A stretch of 56,823 nt of DNA from IMG/VR virus record IMGVR_UViG_3300017774_007351; one strand, 5' to 3'. How positions within the stretch are numbered: position 1 is the first letter of the stretch; the number at the start of each line of letters is the position of its first letter. Source of the DNA: an uncultured virus (IMG/VR IMGVR_UViG_3300017774_007351). Taxonomy: Duplodnaviria; Heunggongvirae; Uroviricota; Caudoviricetes. Both the position numbers and the translations under genes were made by a program. This document shows, piece after piece, positions 20,655 through 30,093 of this stretch. Under the pieces are notes generated by a model. That model had not been told where the DNA came from and did no database searches. It saw nothing but the letters and a program-made list of their open reading frames with translations.

Positions 20655-22574
20655 TTAATGATCCAGAAAATATTTGGTGTTTGTGCATTGCTGGTATTTC
20701 CAACTAACATTCCTAGTATATCGTCCGTCCGACGGATTCCATGATTGTGTATCTCTGTCAACATAACATTGTCCTATCATATTGTGATTAACTAAACCAG
20801 CGCCATTAGATCCTAAAAGTTCTGAGGCTGGGGCTCTATTTCCAAATGGTCTAAATGCTTCTACTATTCTTTGTAGATCTTGATAAAGTTGACCACCAGT
20901 AAATAGTGGACAACTACTACTACTCATAAAAAACTGATCTAGTCCTGTTGCTGGTATCACAGTAATATCTATAGATAAATCTTTTGTGCAGGCTGTCTTG
21001 GTTCCTAATGATTGTAAAACTGGCCCTAAAGATCTTCCCAATACAAAAATTTCAGCAACAACATCTGCTGGGGCATTATCTGTAATGTTTATATTCTCTG
21101 TAAGTACTCCGCTTAATACTGATGTTTTATTATCAAATTCATATCCATAGCTTATAATTCCTTTTTTATGATCATGGCCTTCGCTTGTTGACCGAGGAAT
21201 AACGTTTAATAGTCTTTCGGCTCTGAATACTGGGTTTTGATATCTAGTATCAAGAGGTCGGCTTGGTTCTGGATTTCCACGAGAGGCATTTAATACGGAG
21301 CTTGCTCTGTGATAGAGATATGGTTTAACTCCACTAATCCATGCTGTTAATGCATTTTGGTATTTATTTGCTGCTACGCTGGTGATGGATGCTGAATGAC
21401 TACCATAAGCTGCTGACCCACCAGAATTATTTGCTACATTATTTGGAGATAGACTAATTTTACCGTTAGAGTCTGGTGTTAAACTAGCATCTCCACTAAC
21501 TTTAGAAGTAGGAGCCATATCTAATCCTCTAATTGATCCTTGCACCCTAACTGTTTTAAGATATTCTTGATCTGTACTAACGTCTATCGTATAATCTTCC
21601 ACATGAGTAACGCCAGATGGCATAGCAAGCCAAGTGTCATTTACCTCATATGTTCCATCTGTCATACTAAAATTGCTAGCTCTTACATGATTAAAAAGCC
21701 ACATATTAGTTTCTGGTGGAATATTAGAATATGCCCCTATATATGCTCCACTAGCATTTGAAGTAGCCCACGGTTGAGATAGTCTAGCCTTAACCCACTT
21801 TTCAGCTTCTCTATATGGAACAAAATATCCAGAGCCATTAGACCCACATATTCCTTGGGGTATTGCTCCTTTAGCAGAAACTCTGTGGGATACTCTGAAT
21901 TGAGGAATACTTCTTATCTCTAAAGCCCCAATAGCTGGGCTTATAGGACGATGATCAACAAGAGCCTTCATTGCAATACTACTAATGTTGAAATTAGTAT
22001 AAACATAGTCTTCTATTGGTTCTATAGACCATGAGTCAGAAGCTGTCGTGACTAATCCCTCATTATCTGGGGCTTTTTCATAATATTCTAGATCAACAGT
22101 ATATCCTAAGGTTCTAGTTAAATTATCTGGACTAGCATCTGTACTAACTGATAATGCTCTTACTCCAGAAGCGGATAGAATAATTGCTCCTTCGCATGTA
22201 ACCTCTAAATCACCAACAGGACATCCACTAAACATGTTTTTAAGGCCAGATTCTTTTGATAACAAATCAGATATGCTATCACTAGTTCCTCCAGCATCAT
22301 GGATTTTCCCAGTTAGATTAATTCGGTTTGTAGTGCTTAATAATATCCCTCCTTCTGTACGATTATAAGAGTGAGACAAAGTAAGCATTGGCGTAGAGTA
22401 TGTATAAGTATGGATTCCTGTTCCATTATATTTAATCTCTACTTTTCGATTAGTTGTTGTAGTTCCTTGTATAGAAGTATTATCTATTGACGAAATATCA
22501 AGACCAGAAGCTTGGTTGTTCTGATCATTTGTCGCATTAAGTATAGAGTTTATGAATGGTCCTGAGTACGACAT
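20655..22574 (-). CDS. Putative distal tail / tail-tip protein (639 aa)
   Basis: Beta-rich with internal pseudo-repeats (DSWSIEP / EDYTIDV / ENINITD). Lies immediately upstream of the hub-like gene, with an AAGGA RBS. Confidence 0.45.
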   Translation of the reverse strand: MSYSGPFINSILNATNDQNNQASGLDISSIDNTSIQGTTTTNRKVEIKYNGTGIHTYTYSTPMLTLSHSYNRTEGGILLSTTNRINLTGKIHDAGGTSDSISDLLSKESGLKNMFSGCPVGDLEVTCEGAIILSASGVRALSVSTDASPDNLTRTLGYTVDLEYYEKAPDNEGLVTTASDSWSIEPIEDYVYTNFNISSIAMKALVDHRPISPAIGALEIRSIPQFRVSHRVSAKGAIPQGICGSNGSGYFVPYREAEKWVKARLSQPWATSNASGAYIGAYSNIPPETNMWLFNHVRASNFSMTDGTYEVNDTWLAMPSGVTHVEDYTIDVSTDQEYLKTVRVQGSIRGLDMAPTSKVSGDASLTPDSNGKISLSPNNVANNSGGSAAYGSHSASITSVAANKYQNALTAWISGVKPYLYHRASSVLNASRGNPEPSRPLDTRYQNPVFRAERLLNVIPRSTSEGHDHKKGIISYGYEFDNKTSVLSGVLTENINITDNAPADVVAEIFVLGRSLGPVLQSLGTKTACTKDLSIDITVIPATGLDQFFMSSSSCPLFTGGQLYQDLQRIVEAFRPFGNRAPASELLGSNGAGLVNHNMIGQCYVDRDTQSWNPSDGRYTRNVSWKYQQCTNTKYFLDH

Positions 22575-22597
22575 TATATTCCTTTAATCTAAAAATC

Positions 22598-24049
22598 TCA
22601 GCTTGTTTTCTTAATACCAAATTTACCATTATTGATATTATCAAAAGTCCAACCACTAGCTGTGACTGGGTTAGTTAGTAGATACTGATTTTTATATTCA
22701 TAATGATTATTTGTTACAGGGAATCCTGTTCCAATTGGTGTCATATTAGAAGCTATTGTTCCTGTTCCCCAAACATTGATAAAAGAAGTATCTTTATTTG
22801 ATTTCCTAACATTATTAGTAATCTTAATACCCCCAATAGCATAATTAGCATTACTTGGTATTGCAGAACCATTGCTTTGGGCCATTGGCATAGCTAAAAT
22901 AGCACCACTAGTTTCTGTATAAACATAAGTACTATCTCCGTTGCTGTCTTTAAGCTTAGACTCTAAATTAGAATTAGTGTTATCATTATAGGCCAGAGAA
23001 AAACCCTGCCAATCACCACTATTAACTCTATTTGCTCCTCCGTCGTCTTTAGGGACAATACTAAATACCTTGGTTGTTGGACCAAGTAAGCATTCTTCTG
23101 CTGTGTCTCCCTCTACAATATAAACATTATCAATATATGTATGATAAAGATGAGAAGGAGATCCACCTAGTGGATCTGCACTATTATTTCCTGTGGTTGG
23201 AATTCTAGCTCCATAAAATTTAACGGTATCAAAGAATAGTTTCTGATTAACATCAGTACCGAAGTTATTTTTGATATTAAGCTTTTGAGTATCTAAAGTT
23301 TCAGATACTGTTAAATTCATACCATTAACTTTAATTTGTAAAGCATAAGGCTTTGCTGAATCATATGTCGGATCAGTATTGGACACCGGAGAAACGCAAA
23401 CTTCTACATACAAACCACCATACTTATAGTCATAAGCATCAATAGTTCTTTGCATTGTAGTAGATAAAGAATTTTTGTTCTCAACATACCAAGGAGCACC
23501 AAAAACATCAAAAGTAAAGGTTCCACGAACTTCTGGAGATCCACTAACGGCTTGAGTAACTTTTAATCCTATTTTTGGAGAAGATACTCCACTATAACCA
23601 GTTGGAGATAGATGAACAGCCTCTATGCTTAAAACATCAACTTCAGAAGAATCTGCAACAAGTTTGTTTTGCAGAGAAAGGATCTTGGCTGCATAGTTTG
23701 TTCCAATAGCACCAGTATTAGCAATGGAGTCAGTAGCTATTTTATTAATATAATATCCTAGACCAACAGATTTTGTTAAGCTAGTGAAATCTTGTGCAAA
23801 AGACTTAACTTTAAGAGTTGCTTGATCACCATCGGGATTATGACTATTCAACTTAGCCACAGCACCAAAAGTATATCCCATAAAATCCACACCATTGGCT
23901 GTTCCATTAATTGTGGTTGGGTTTCTATCTGTACGATATTCGCTCAAGCTAACATTTCCGGCTGCTGTCCAAAACAAGGGATCTATTTGTCCCACATGTT
24001 CTCCACCAAATGGTCCGAAGCCATCAAAAAATATTGTAGATGATGCCAT
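22598..24049 (-). CDS. Virion structural protein, lectin/jelly-roll-like (483 aa)
   Basis: N-terminal 'FFDGF', internal 'YIDNVYI...LGP', C-terminal 'NPVTASGWT..IN...FGIK', a pattern typical of phage tail structural proteins. AGGAG RBS. Confidence 0.5.
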   Translation of the reverse strand: MASSTIFFDGFGPFGGEHVGQIDPLFWTAAGNVSLSEYRTDRNPTTINGTANGVDFMGYTFGAVAKLNSHNPDGDQATLKVKSFAQDFTSLTKSVGLGYYINKIATDSIANTGAIGTNYAAKILSLQNKLVADSSEVDVLSIEAVHLSPTGYSGVSSPKIGLKVTQAVSGSPEVRGTFTFDVFGAPWYVENKNSLSTTMQRTIDAYDYKYGGLYVEVCVSPVSNTDPTYDSAKPYALQIKVNGMNLTVSETLDTQKLNIKNNFGTDVNQKLFFDTVKFYGARIPTTGNNSADPLGGSPSHLYHTYIDNVYIVEGDTAEECLLGPTTKVFSIVPKDDGGANRVNSGDWQGFSLAYNDNTNSNLESKLKDSNGDSTYVYTETSGAILAMPMAQSNGSAIPSNANYAIGGIKITNNVRKSNKDTSFINVWGTGTIASNMTPIGTGFPVTNNHYEYKNQYLLTNPVTASGWTFDNINNGKFGIKKTS

Positions 24050-24123
24050 GACTGATATTGCTCCTATCGTAGTTAGCCTATTTAATGACCATAATTATGC
24101 ATAGATGTTGTCCTAATTAGAAA

Positions 24124-24129
24124 TACACC
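24124..24129 (-). promoter_or_regulatory. GGTGTA motif, candidate late-promoter element
   Basis: TGGTGTATTT in the gap upstream of 24049. The same hexamer recurs in the gaps at 49093 and 52979. Confidence 0.4.
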
Positions 24130-24143
24130 AACCGTCCTACTAT

Positions 24144-27100
24144 TCATATATCTCTATCTTGTATAATATACTGATCATTTTCTGTGGCAAGTATGTTGTA
24201 CTCTTGTGTAAAGATCAAATCTTGGTTTGGTATATAAACTAATACTTCAGCAGAAGTGATGGAGACCTTTATGTCTTCTTCTTTAATTAGCAATATTGTC
24301 TCACATGAGAGAATTGTATTAGTAATTTTATTAGTGTCTATAAATGTTGTAAAAATATCATTATTTAATTGACTACAATTAACAAGATTTAAAAGTGGTC
24401 TTGTTTGGATTAAGTCTAAGGAAAATAAACTATTTTCAATGCCATATGGAAAAAGCGGATTAAAAGACATAACAGAGTGATCATTATATGTATTAATAAT
24501 ACGATTGCTATCTTTTTCTATGGACCCAAATGGTTCTATGTTTGAATAAGTCGATATTATAAAAGAGTAGGCGTCAAGCCTAGACTGCATAATCTGACTT
24601 TCATTATATGAATCAACAAAAATTGATTCCGGATCTGATCTTAGTTCTAAGATTTGATTAGTAAAAAAACTATCATTAAGATGATTATTTATAGTCGTTT
24701 TATTAAAAAATAGCTCATTAGTAATAAAAGTGTCTTGCAGATGTTCAATTGGTTTGGTTGTAGCCCATATTAAGTCAGTACTAATATTGGAGTTTAAAAC
24801 CTTAGAAACAAATATCGGATATGTAAGAGCATCTTCGGATAAATAGTTTGTATTGATTTTAATATTATTATCAATCACAAAAGTATCACTTGCTAATTTA
24901 CTCAATAGAACATACTTATTAATATCTTTACTAAATACTTCTTCTGATAAAATAGTAGAGTGTACATTATTAGGAATACGACTAGTACTTGGCGTTACAG
25001 TTGGAGTTGTTGTTATAGTGGGGGTAATAGTTGGAGTTACAGATATTGTTGGCGTGACTGTTTTAGTTACAGATATTGTTGGGGTGATTGTTGGAGTAAC
25101 ACTAATGGTTGGTGTTTGGCTCCTGGCTATTGGGTCTTTTGTTGGTGTTCTACTAGATGTTCTTGTTTGTGTTTGTGTTCTAGTTAGTGTTGGGGTTACA
25201 CTAATTGTTGGGGTTATGGTTGGAGTTGGGGTTGGGCTCTTATATGGAGTTGTGGTTGGACTCTGAGACGGTTCTGGTGTCTCAGTTGTTGTTGGCTGTC
25301 CGGGAGGAGGACCGCCGGGAGGACCGGGTGGAGGACCGCCGGGAGGACCGGGTGGAGGACCGCCGGGAGGACCGCCGGGAGGACCGCCGGGAGGACCGCC
25401 GGGAGGACCGCCGGGAGGACCGCCCGGACCAGCACCTAATTGACCTCTACCCGGATTAATAGTAGGACAATTAAGTGTTGCAAAATCTTTAATTCTAACT
25501 ATACCCCTGCCATTTGTATTGTCTGTTGTCCTAATGAAAAATCCAAAAGTATCTCCTTTAAATACTAATAAATTTTTAATAGTCCCTTCATGAGGTAATG
25601 TATTATATGGGAATCCATCATCTAATTGAAAATATTCATTATTGATAAAATAACCAAACGAATCCCATCCAGCAGCATCCTGTGTGTAGTATTTCCAAGA
25701 AAAATATATGTATGTAGTTTCTGGGATAGCAATTTTTAGCTTTGTTGTTCCATCGGCATCTTCGTTGTATTGTGAATTACCTCCATATAGGAAAACTTCC
25801 CAGGGAAGGGTAGAATCTCCATATTGGTCTACTGTTTCAATATATCCGTCCGTACTCTCGTTTTCTACAATCCAATTTATTGGCTCTGTTGAAAGATCAT
25901 AATAGCAACTAAAATTACAACATGGAATACTAGGCGTAACAGTAATAGTTGGTGTGATACTAGGAGTAATAGAAATAGTTTGGGTTATTGTTGGTGTTAC
26001 AGTGGGTGTTTCTGATATTGTCTGGGTTAAAGTAGGAGTCTGGCTGATCGTGGGAGTTAACGTCTGTGTTGGACTAATTGTTGGGGTTGGAGTTGGTGTT
26101 TCGCTTGTTGTAGGACTCAGACTAGGGGTTTGAGTAATACTTGCAGTATAAGTAAAACTTATAGTTGGAGTTGCAGTAACTGGTGTTGGAGTATTTGTTG
26201 GTGTTAGTGTTGGTGTTTCACTAATTGTTGGTGTTAATGTTGGAGTTTGAGTATTGGAAGATGTCTGAGTTGGAGTTAATGTGCGAGTAACAGATGGTGT
26301 TACGCTTATAGTTGGAGTGTGTGTAGGGGTTCTTGAAGGAGTAGGAGTATTATTTGCTCTTGGTGGACGAGGTAGTGGATTCCATGGCCAATCTGAATCA
26401 TCAGAAGGGATAACTCCACCAGTATTTATGGTTCCTGTGCTTTCGGGTCCGGGGCCAGGTCCGGGGCCAGGTCCGGGGCCAGGTCCGGGGCCAGGTCCGG
26501 GGCCAGGTCCGGGGCCAGGGGGTCCGGGAGGTCCAGGGGGTCCGGGAGGTCCGGGAGGTCCAGGGGGAGGTCCGGGTGGAGATTGTCCTCCTCCGGGAGG
26601 TGCAGGTTTTCCGGGTGGCGAGGGTCTTCCTGGAGGTGGTCCACCTTTTCCTCCTCCTCCCGGCGGTCCACCTTTTCCGGGTGGTGGTGGTGATGAAGAT
26701 TCACCTGATGGTTGATCTGATTTTGGGCCCGGTCCACCCGGCGGTGCTGGTTTTCCTGGTGGTGGAGGAGAGCGTGATGAGGTTTTTGTTTGACTATTAG
26801 TTTTGGGTGTATTCAATGACCTTAAATTATTTTTGTTTCCAGTAAATGATGCATTATTTCCCTTTACTGATCCATTAGTTGTTTTTGGGGTATTTGTAGG
26901 CTTAAAACCACTTCCAGCTTTAGTTACTGTGAAATCTGTGATTTTGCCATTACTATCAACAGCAGTAACTCTTATCTCGCCACCACTTGCACCACCATCA
27001 TCATAAACATTGAATGTGTCTCCAACCTCATATCCAGAACCACCATCAGTTAAAGTAAAAGATTCTTTTGTTACTCCATAAATAGTTGGTTCAGAAGGGC

Positions 27101-27491
27101 TCGGAGTAATAGTTGGCGTTGGAGTTGGCATTGCTGTTGTTCTTGGGAAGCCAGCAGGCAAACATAAATTTCCAGCAATAATTTGAACATAATCACTATA
27201 GACTTCTGTTTGTGTTGCTAAGTCTATGATTGAGATTTTAATAATACTATCGCTAGAATTATTCTCATTATAAGATGTTCTAATTCTAACATAGGTAGTA
27301 ATATCTATGTTATGTGACGAAGGCTTAATCTGAAATTGTCTGGGATTTATTGCTATTGTGGTTCTTTTTGGAATAGTAGCAATATTAGTAATCTCAACAC
27401 TATAAGAATTGTGTTGGTCTACAGGGATACCGGGAAATGTTAGAGTAAATCCTGTATAGGCAATAGCTGGATCTATAGTCTTTTTAAACAT
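24144..27491 (-). CDS. Multi-domain virion/fibre protein with Thr/Pro tracts and Gly/Pro (collagen-like) repeats (1115 aa)
   Basis: N-terminal beta domain ending in 'GNLC'; a 'GGSGY...ITDFTVTKAGSGF' tail-protein repeat; (GPP)n, (GP)n and (GGPP)n repeats; a jelly-roll-like domain 'YFSWKYYTQD...GDTFGF'. Confidence 0.7.
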   Translation of the reverse strand: MFKKTIDPAIAYTGFTLTFPGIPVDQHNSYSVEITNIATIPKRTTIAINPRQFQIKPSSHNIDITTYVRIRTSYNENNSSDSIIKISIIDLATQTEVYSDYVQIIAGNLCLPAGFPRTTAMPTPTPTITPSPSEPTIYGVTKESFTLTDGGSGYEVGDTFNVYDDGGASGGEIRVTAVDSNGKITDFTVTKAGSGFKPTNTPKTTNGSVKGNNASFTGNKNNLRSLNTPKTNSQTKTSSRSPPPPGKPAPPGGPGPKSDQPSGESSSPPPPGKGGPPGGGGKGGPPPGRPSPPGKPAPPGGGQSPPGPPPGPPGPPGPPGPPGPPGPGPGPGPGPGPGPGPGPGPGPGPESTGTINTGGVIPSDDSDWPWNPLPRPPRANNTPTPSRTPTHTPTISVTPSVTRTLTPTQTSSNTQTPTLTPTISETPTLTPTNTPTPVTATPTISFTYTASITQTPSLSPTTSETPTPTPTISPTQTLTPTISQTPTLTQTISETPTVTPTITQTISITPSITPTITVTPSIPCCNFSCYYDLSTEPINWIVENESTDGYIETVDQYGDSTLPWEVFLYGGNSQYNEDADGTTKLKIAIPETTYIYFSWKYYTQDAAGWDSFGYFINNEYFQLDDGFPYNTLPHEGTIKNLLVFKGDTFGFFIRTTDNTNGRGIVRIKDFATLNCPTINPGRGQLGAGPGGPPGGPPGGPPGGPPGGPPGGPPPGPPGGPPPGPPGGPPPGQPTTTETPEPSQSPTTTPYKSPTPTPTITPTISVTPTLTRTQTQTRTSSRTPTKDPIARSQTPTISVTPTITPTISVTKTVTPTISVTPTITPTITTTPTVTPSTSRIPNNVHSTILSEEVFSKDINKYVLLSKLASDTFVIDNNIKINTNYLSEDALTYPIFVSKVLNSNISTDLIWATTKPIEHLQDTFITNELFFNKTTINNHLNDSFFTNQILELRSDPESIFVDSYNESQIMQSRLDAYSFIISTYSNIEPFGSIEKDSNRIINTYNDHSVMSFNPLFPYGIENSLFSLDLIQTRPLLNLVNCSQLNNDIFTTFIDTNKITNTILSCETILLIKEEDIKVSITSAEVLVYIPNQDLIFTQEYNILATENDQYIIQDRDI
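25306..25424. repeat. GC-rich tandem repeat: 2 x 24 bp plus 5 perfect and 1 near-perfect x 12 bp (GGAGGACCGCCG), encoding GGPP
   Basis: Read directly: 24-bp units at 25306 and 25330; 12-bp units at 25354-25424. Confidence 0.9.
26446..26517. repeat. Six perfect 12-bp tandem repeats (GGTCCGGGGCCA), encoding (GP)n
   Basis: Read directly. Adjacent to a degenerate (GPP)n collagen-like tract. Confidence 0.9.
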
Positions 27492-27524
27492 ACTATCGAA
27501 TTTCCTTTATATAGATCCTTAAAG

Positions 27525-28082
27525 CTATGGAACTGGAGATGGAGAAGGTGTTGGAGTAGGTGTTGCAGTTGTCGTTGAAGTAACTGTGATTGTAGGTGTT
27601 AATGTTATGGTATTGGTTATTGTTGGCGTGGGAGTTTTGGTTGGAGTAGCTGTGGGAGTAGAACTTGGAATTCTAGCTGCAGATTCTGTAGTAAAATCTG
27701 GAACACCACTGATACTACATAAATTACCACACTTTATATGTGCTCTTTCTCTATAAACAGGAGTATCTGCAGAAGTAAAGATTAGCTTATCATTGGCATT
27801 AAAAACAGACATTTCAATAATGCTTCTTGTTGAGTTATCTAAGTTAAGATTAGTATAAATTTTAGCATAAGTATAGAGGGTAACTCCATTATCGTATTCA
27901 TTAATTGGTTTAAAATAATAAAAATCTGGATAGAACCATACCACTCCAGAAGGAATACTATTAATCTGGCGAAATGCTACAAGATATCTATTGTTTGGCT
28001 CTAGGGCTTTGACTCCAGTAAAAGAAACCAAAACGCCACTTTGGCAACAACTTCCGGAAGAAAAATTTAGGTTAACTGTCAT
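27525..28082 (-). CDS. Small virion protein with a C-terminal Thr/Pro tail; paralog of the 1115-aa N-terminal domain
   Basis: Start reassigned to ATG 28082 (MTVNLNF), which follows AGGA and avoids overlap. Shares the 'SII.IS/MS' and 'GNLC' motifs with the downstream protein. Confidence 0.65.
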   Translation of the reverse strand: MTVNLNFSSGSCCQSGVLVSFTGVKALEPNNRYLVAFRQINSIPSGVVWFYPDFYYFKPINEYDNGVTLYTYAKIYTNLNLDNSTRSIIEMSVFNANDKLIFTSADTPVYRERAHIKCGNLCSISGVPDFTTESAARIPSSTPTATPTKTPTPTITNTITLTPTITVTSTTTATPTPTPSPSPVP

Positions 28083-28092
28083 ATTATTTATC

Positions 28093-28593
28093 CTATGTGC
28101 AATTCGCACAACAAATTGGGAGAATATTTTCAGATAAAACAACACCATCTTTTAACACACTAAACTTAAGCAAACTATTATTTTGTATACTACTTACTCC
28201 AATGTTCAAAGAAACTTCTCGTTTAGAAGAGTTTGTTGGGGACAGTGGGCCGGATATGCTGCTAATATATGTTGTTGAACTAGCAACAGTATCTGTAACA
28301 GAGTATGTGTATGAGGCACCAACTAGTAGATTATTGATTGTAACAGTAACCGTATCTCCATTGCAACAAAATGTTGTAACGTCTGAGAACCTAATAACCG
28401 GAACAAAAGTCAATAGATCGTTACCTGGAGATCTATCATCAATAGGTATCGATAAAAATCTAACTATTTTTCCGTCTGTCCTTTTGGTATACATAATACC
28501 GGTATTAGCGTTAATTGCTAGCTCTCCAACTCCTATTTGAGCATCTGTTGGGGCGTTATTGGTTGAAATATCTCTCTTTAAGAAATAACTCAT
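28093..28593 (-). CDS. Tail-fibre-associated protein with an Mtd/hyaluronidase-N-like 'GELAIN..G..Y.K' motif
   Basis: Start reassigned to ATG 28593 (MSYFLKR), AGGA RBS. 'APTDAQIGVGELAINANTGIMYTK' is a common fibre N-terminal motif. C-terminal CC...CCxxC domain. Confidence 0.65.
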   Translation of the reverse strand: MSYFLKRDISTNNAPTDAQIGVGELAINANTGIMYTKRTDGKIVRFLSIPIDDRSPGNDLLTFVPVIRFSDVTTFCCNGDTVTVTINNLLVGASYTYSVTDTVASSTTYISSISGPLSPTNSSKREVSLNIGVSSIQNNSLLKFSVLKDGVVLSENILPICCANCT

Positions 28594-28603
28594 AAAAATA
28601 TTC

Positions 28604-30073
28604 CTATATACTTGAAGGTGTCGGGGTTGGTGTTGGGGTTGTTGTCTGTGTTGGGGTTGGTGTTTGGCTTGTGCTTGGACTATTACTAGCAGATAATCCA
28701 CTAAAAGTCATAACCCCACCATCAATATCAAAATTAGTAAGTCTAAGTCTTCCTGTCATATCTAAACCAGAAGCAGAGATCTCAAATGAGTTAGATCCAA
28801 TAGCTGCTCTGAAACGATTGTTGTTAATAGTTAATATATCAACTGGATTTCCAGAATTCTCAACTGAAACAACCAACTCTCCAGAAGTTTGATCAGCAGT
28901 CGAGTTTAATATTCTTGATTTTAATTGAACGTAATTAACCTGACTACTTACAGAGTTTTTGCCTGCCATATTAATGGTTGATGCAATAGTTCCTGGTGTT
29001 GGTACTGTACTTGGTCTATGATAAAGGGTTAAGTTGGCAGAATGACACTGATTTCTATTTTCTAGTCTTATTCCCTCTAAACAACTATTATTAATTAAAT
29101 GTAATGCTGTTAATGGTCTTTGTCCAGAAGGAATATTGACTCCTAATTTACCATCATAACTAAAGTACAGGTTTTTATCTCCACTACCCTTAACTATAAA
29201 ATCAGACTGATAATTTCTATTATTAAATATTGTACTGCCGGTATTTGACAAAGGGAGGATGCTGTTAGCTTGATTTATACCACTTCCTCCTATTAGTAAA
29301 TTATTGTTTACATAATATGCTGGAAGGCCATCAAAAGATCCTGATGAATTAAATTGTAGAGAATATGGATCTCCTCCGGGTAGGCCAGAACCAGCAACTG
29401 CTTGAACTCCAAAGTTTGGTGAACTCACAACATTCTCAATAGCTGAACTATAACTGGGACTATCTGATAGTTCTATCCAATCAGATCCATATGAGATAAC
29501 TTTTGAATACGTTTTATTATTGTCTAGCACTAATAAGTCTTCTGATAGATTTGATTTTTTTACAGTGGCTCTGTATGGTGAAGCTGGATAGAGCAGTTTA
29601 AACTCAAAACTTAAATTCTGATTCTCTTCTGGGTCTATTAAAAGAACTTCAACGTCTGAGTGTTCATTATCAATTAAATAAACAGACTGAACGTTATCAA
29701 CAGTAAAGTTGCTATTTTTTAATATTGTGTTTTGAAATCCGGTATTAAAATTATACTCATTAGCTAAAACATAAAAAAGACCATTATTTACGTTTGTAAA
29801 TTCTACAAGCTGGTCTTGTGCAGAAGATGAGATGATCTTGATTCTGTCTACTGAGAGAACATTATCCTGATAAAGAATTCTACCCAAACCCATTTCCCAT
29901 TGAACTTCTGATTGGGATAGTGGGTTACGGACTAGATATGGGACAATTTTTTTATGGTCTGTTTCTTGAATATTCTTAAATCCACCACTAGACTGTAATA
30001 ATATAATCTTATTATCAACAATATTAAAAGAATAACAGATACCATCAAGAATATTAATTGGGTTATTTAACAT
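28604..30073 (-). CDS. Tail fibre-like protein (489 aa)
   Basis: 'WEMGLG', 'GGDPYSLQFNSSGSFDG' and 'GKLGVNIPS..PLTALHL' motifs typical of phage fibres, with a Thr/Pro C-terminal tail. Confidence 0.55.
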   Translation of the reverse strand: MLNNPINILDGICYSFNIVDNKIILLQSSGGFKNIQETDHKKIVPYLVRNPLSQSEVQWEMGLGRILYQDNVLSVDRIKIISSSAQDQLVEFTNVNNGLFYVLANEYNFNTGFQNTILKNSNFTVDNVQSVYLIDNEHSDVEVLLIDPEENQNLSFEFKLLYPASPYRATVKKSNLSEDLLVLDNNKTYSKVISYGSDWIELSDSPSYSSAIENVVSSPNFGVQAVAGSGLPGGDPYSLQFNSSGSFDGLPAYYVNNNLLIGGSGINQANSILPLSNTGSTIFNNRNYQSDFIVKGSGDKNLYFSYDGKLGVNIPSGQRPLTALHLINNSCLEGIRLENRNQCHSANLTLYHRPSTVPTPGTIASTINMAGKNSVSSQVNYVQLKSRILNSTADQTSGELVVSVENSGNPVDILTINNNRFRAAIGSNSFEISASGLDMTGRLRLTNFDIDGGVMTFSGLSASNSPSTSQTPTPTQTTTPTPTPTPSSI

Positions 30074-30093
30074 AGTATACTCTTTTGTTAGGA

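Noticed and set aside
25306..26517. Tandem repeats as a possible CRISPR array
   Set aside because: The units are contiguous with no unique spacers, are in frame within a CDS, and no cas genes are present.
25205..26800. Alternative-frame ORFs with REDR, LPAV and PDLA repeats
   Set aside because: By-products of the GC-rich 12-bp repeats, which lack stops in several frames. No independent evidence of translation.
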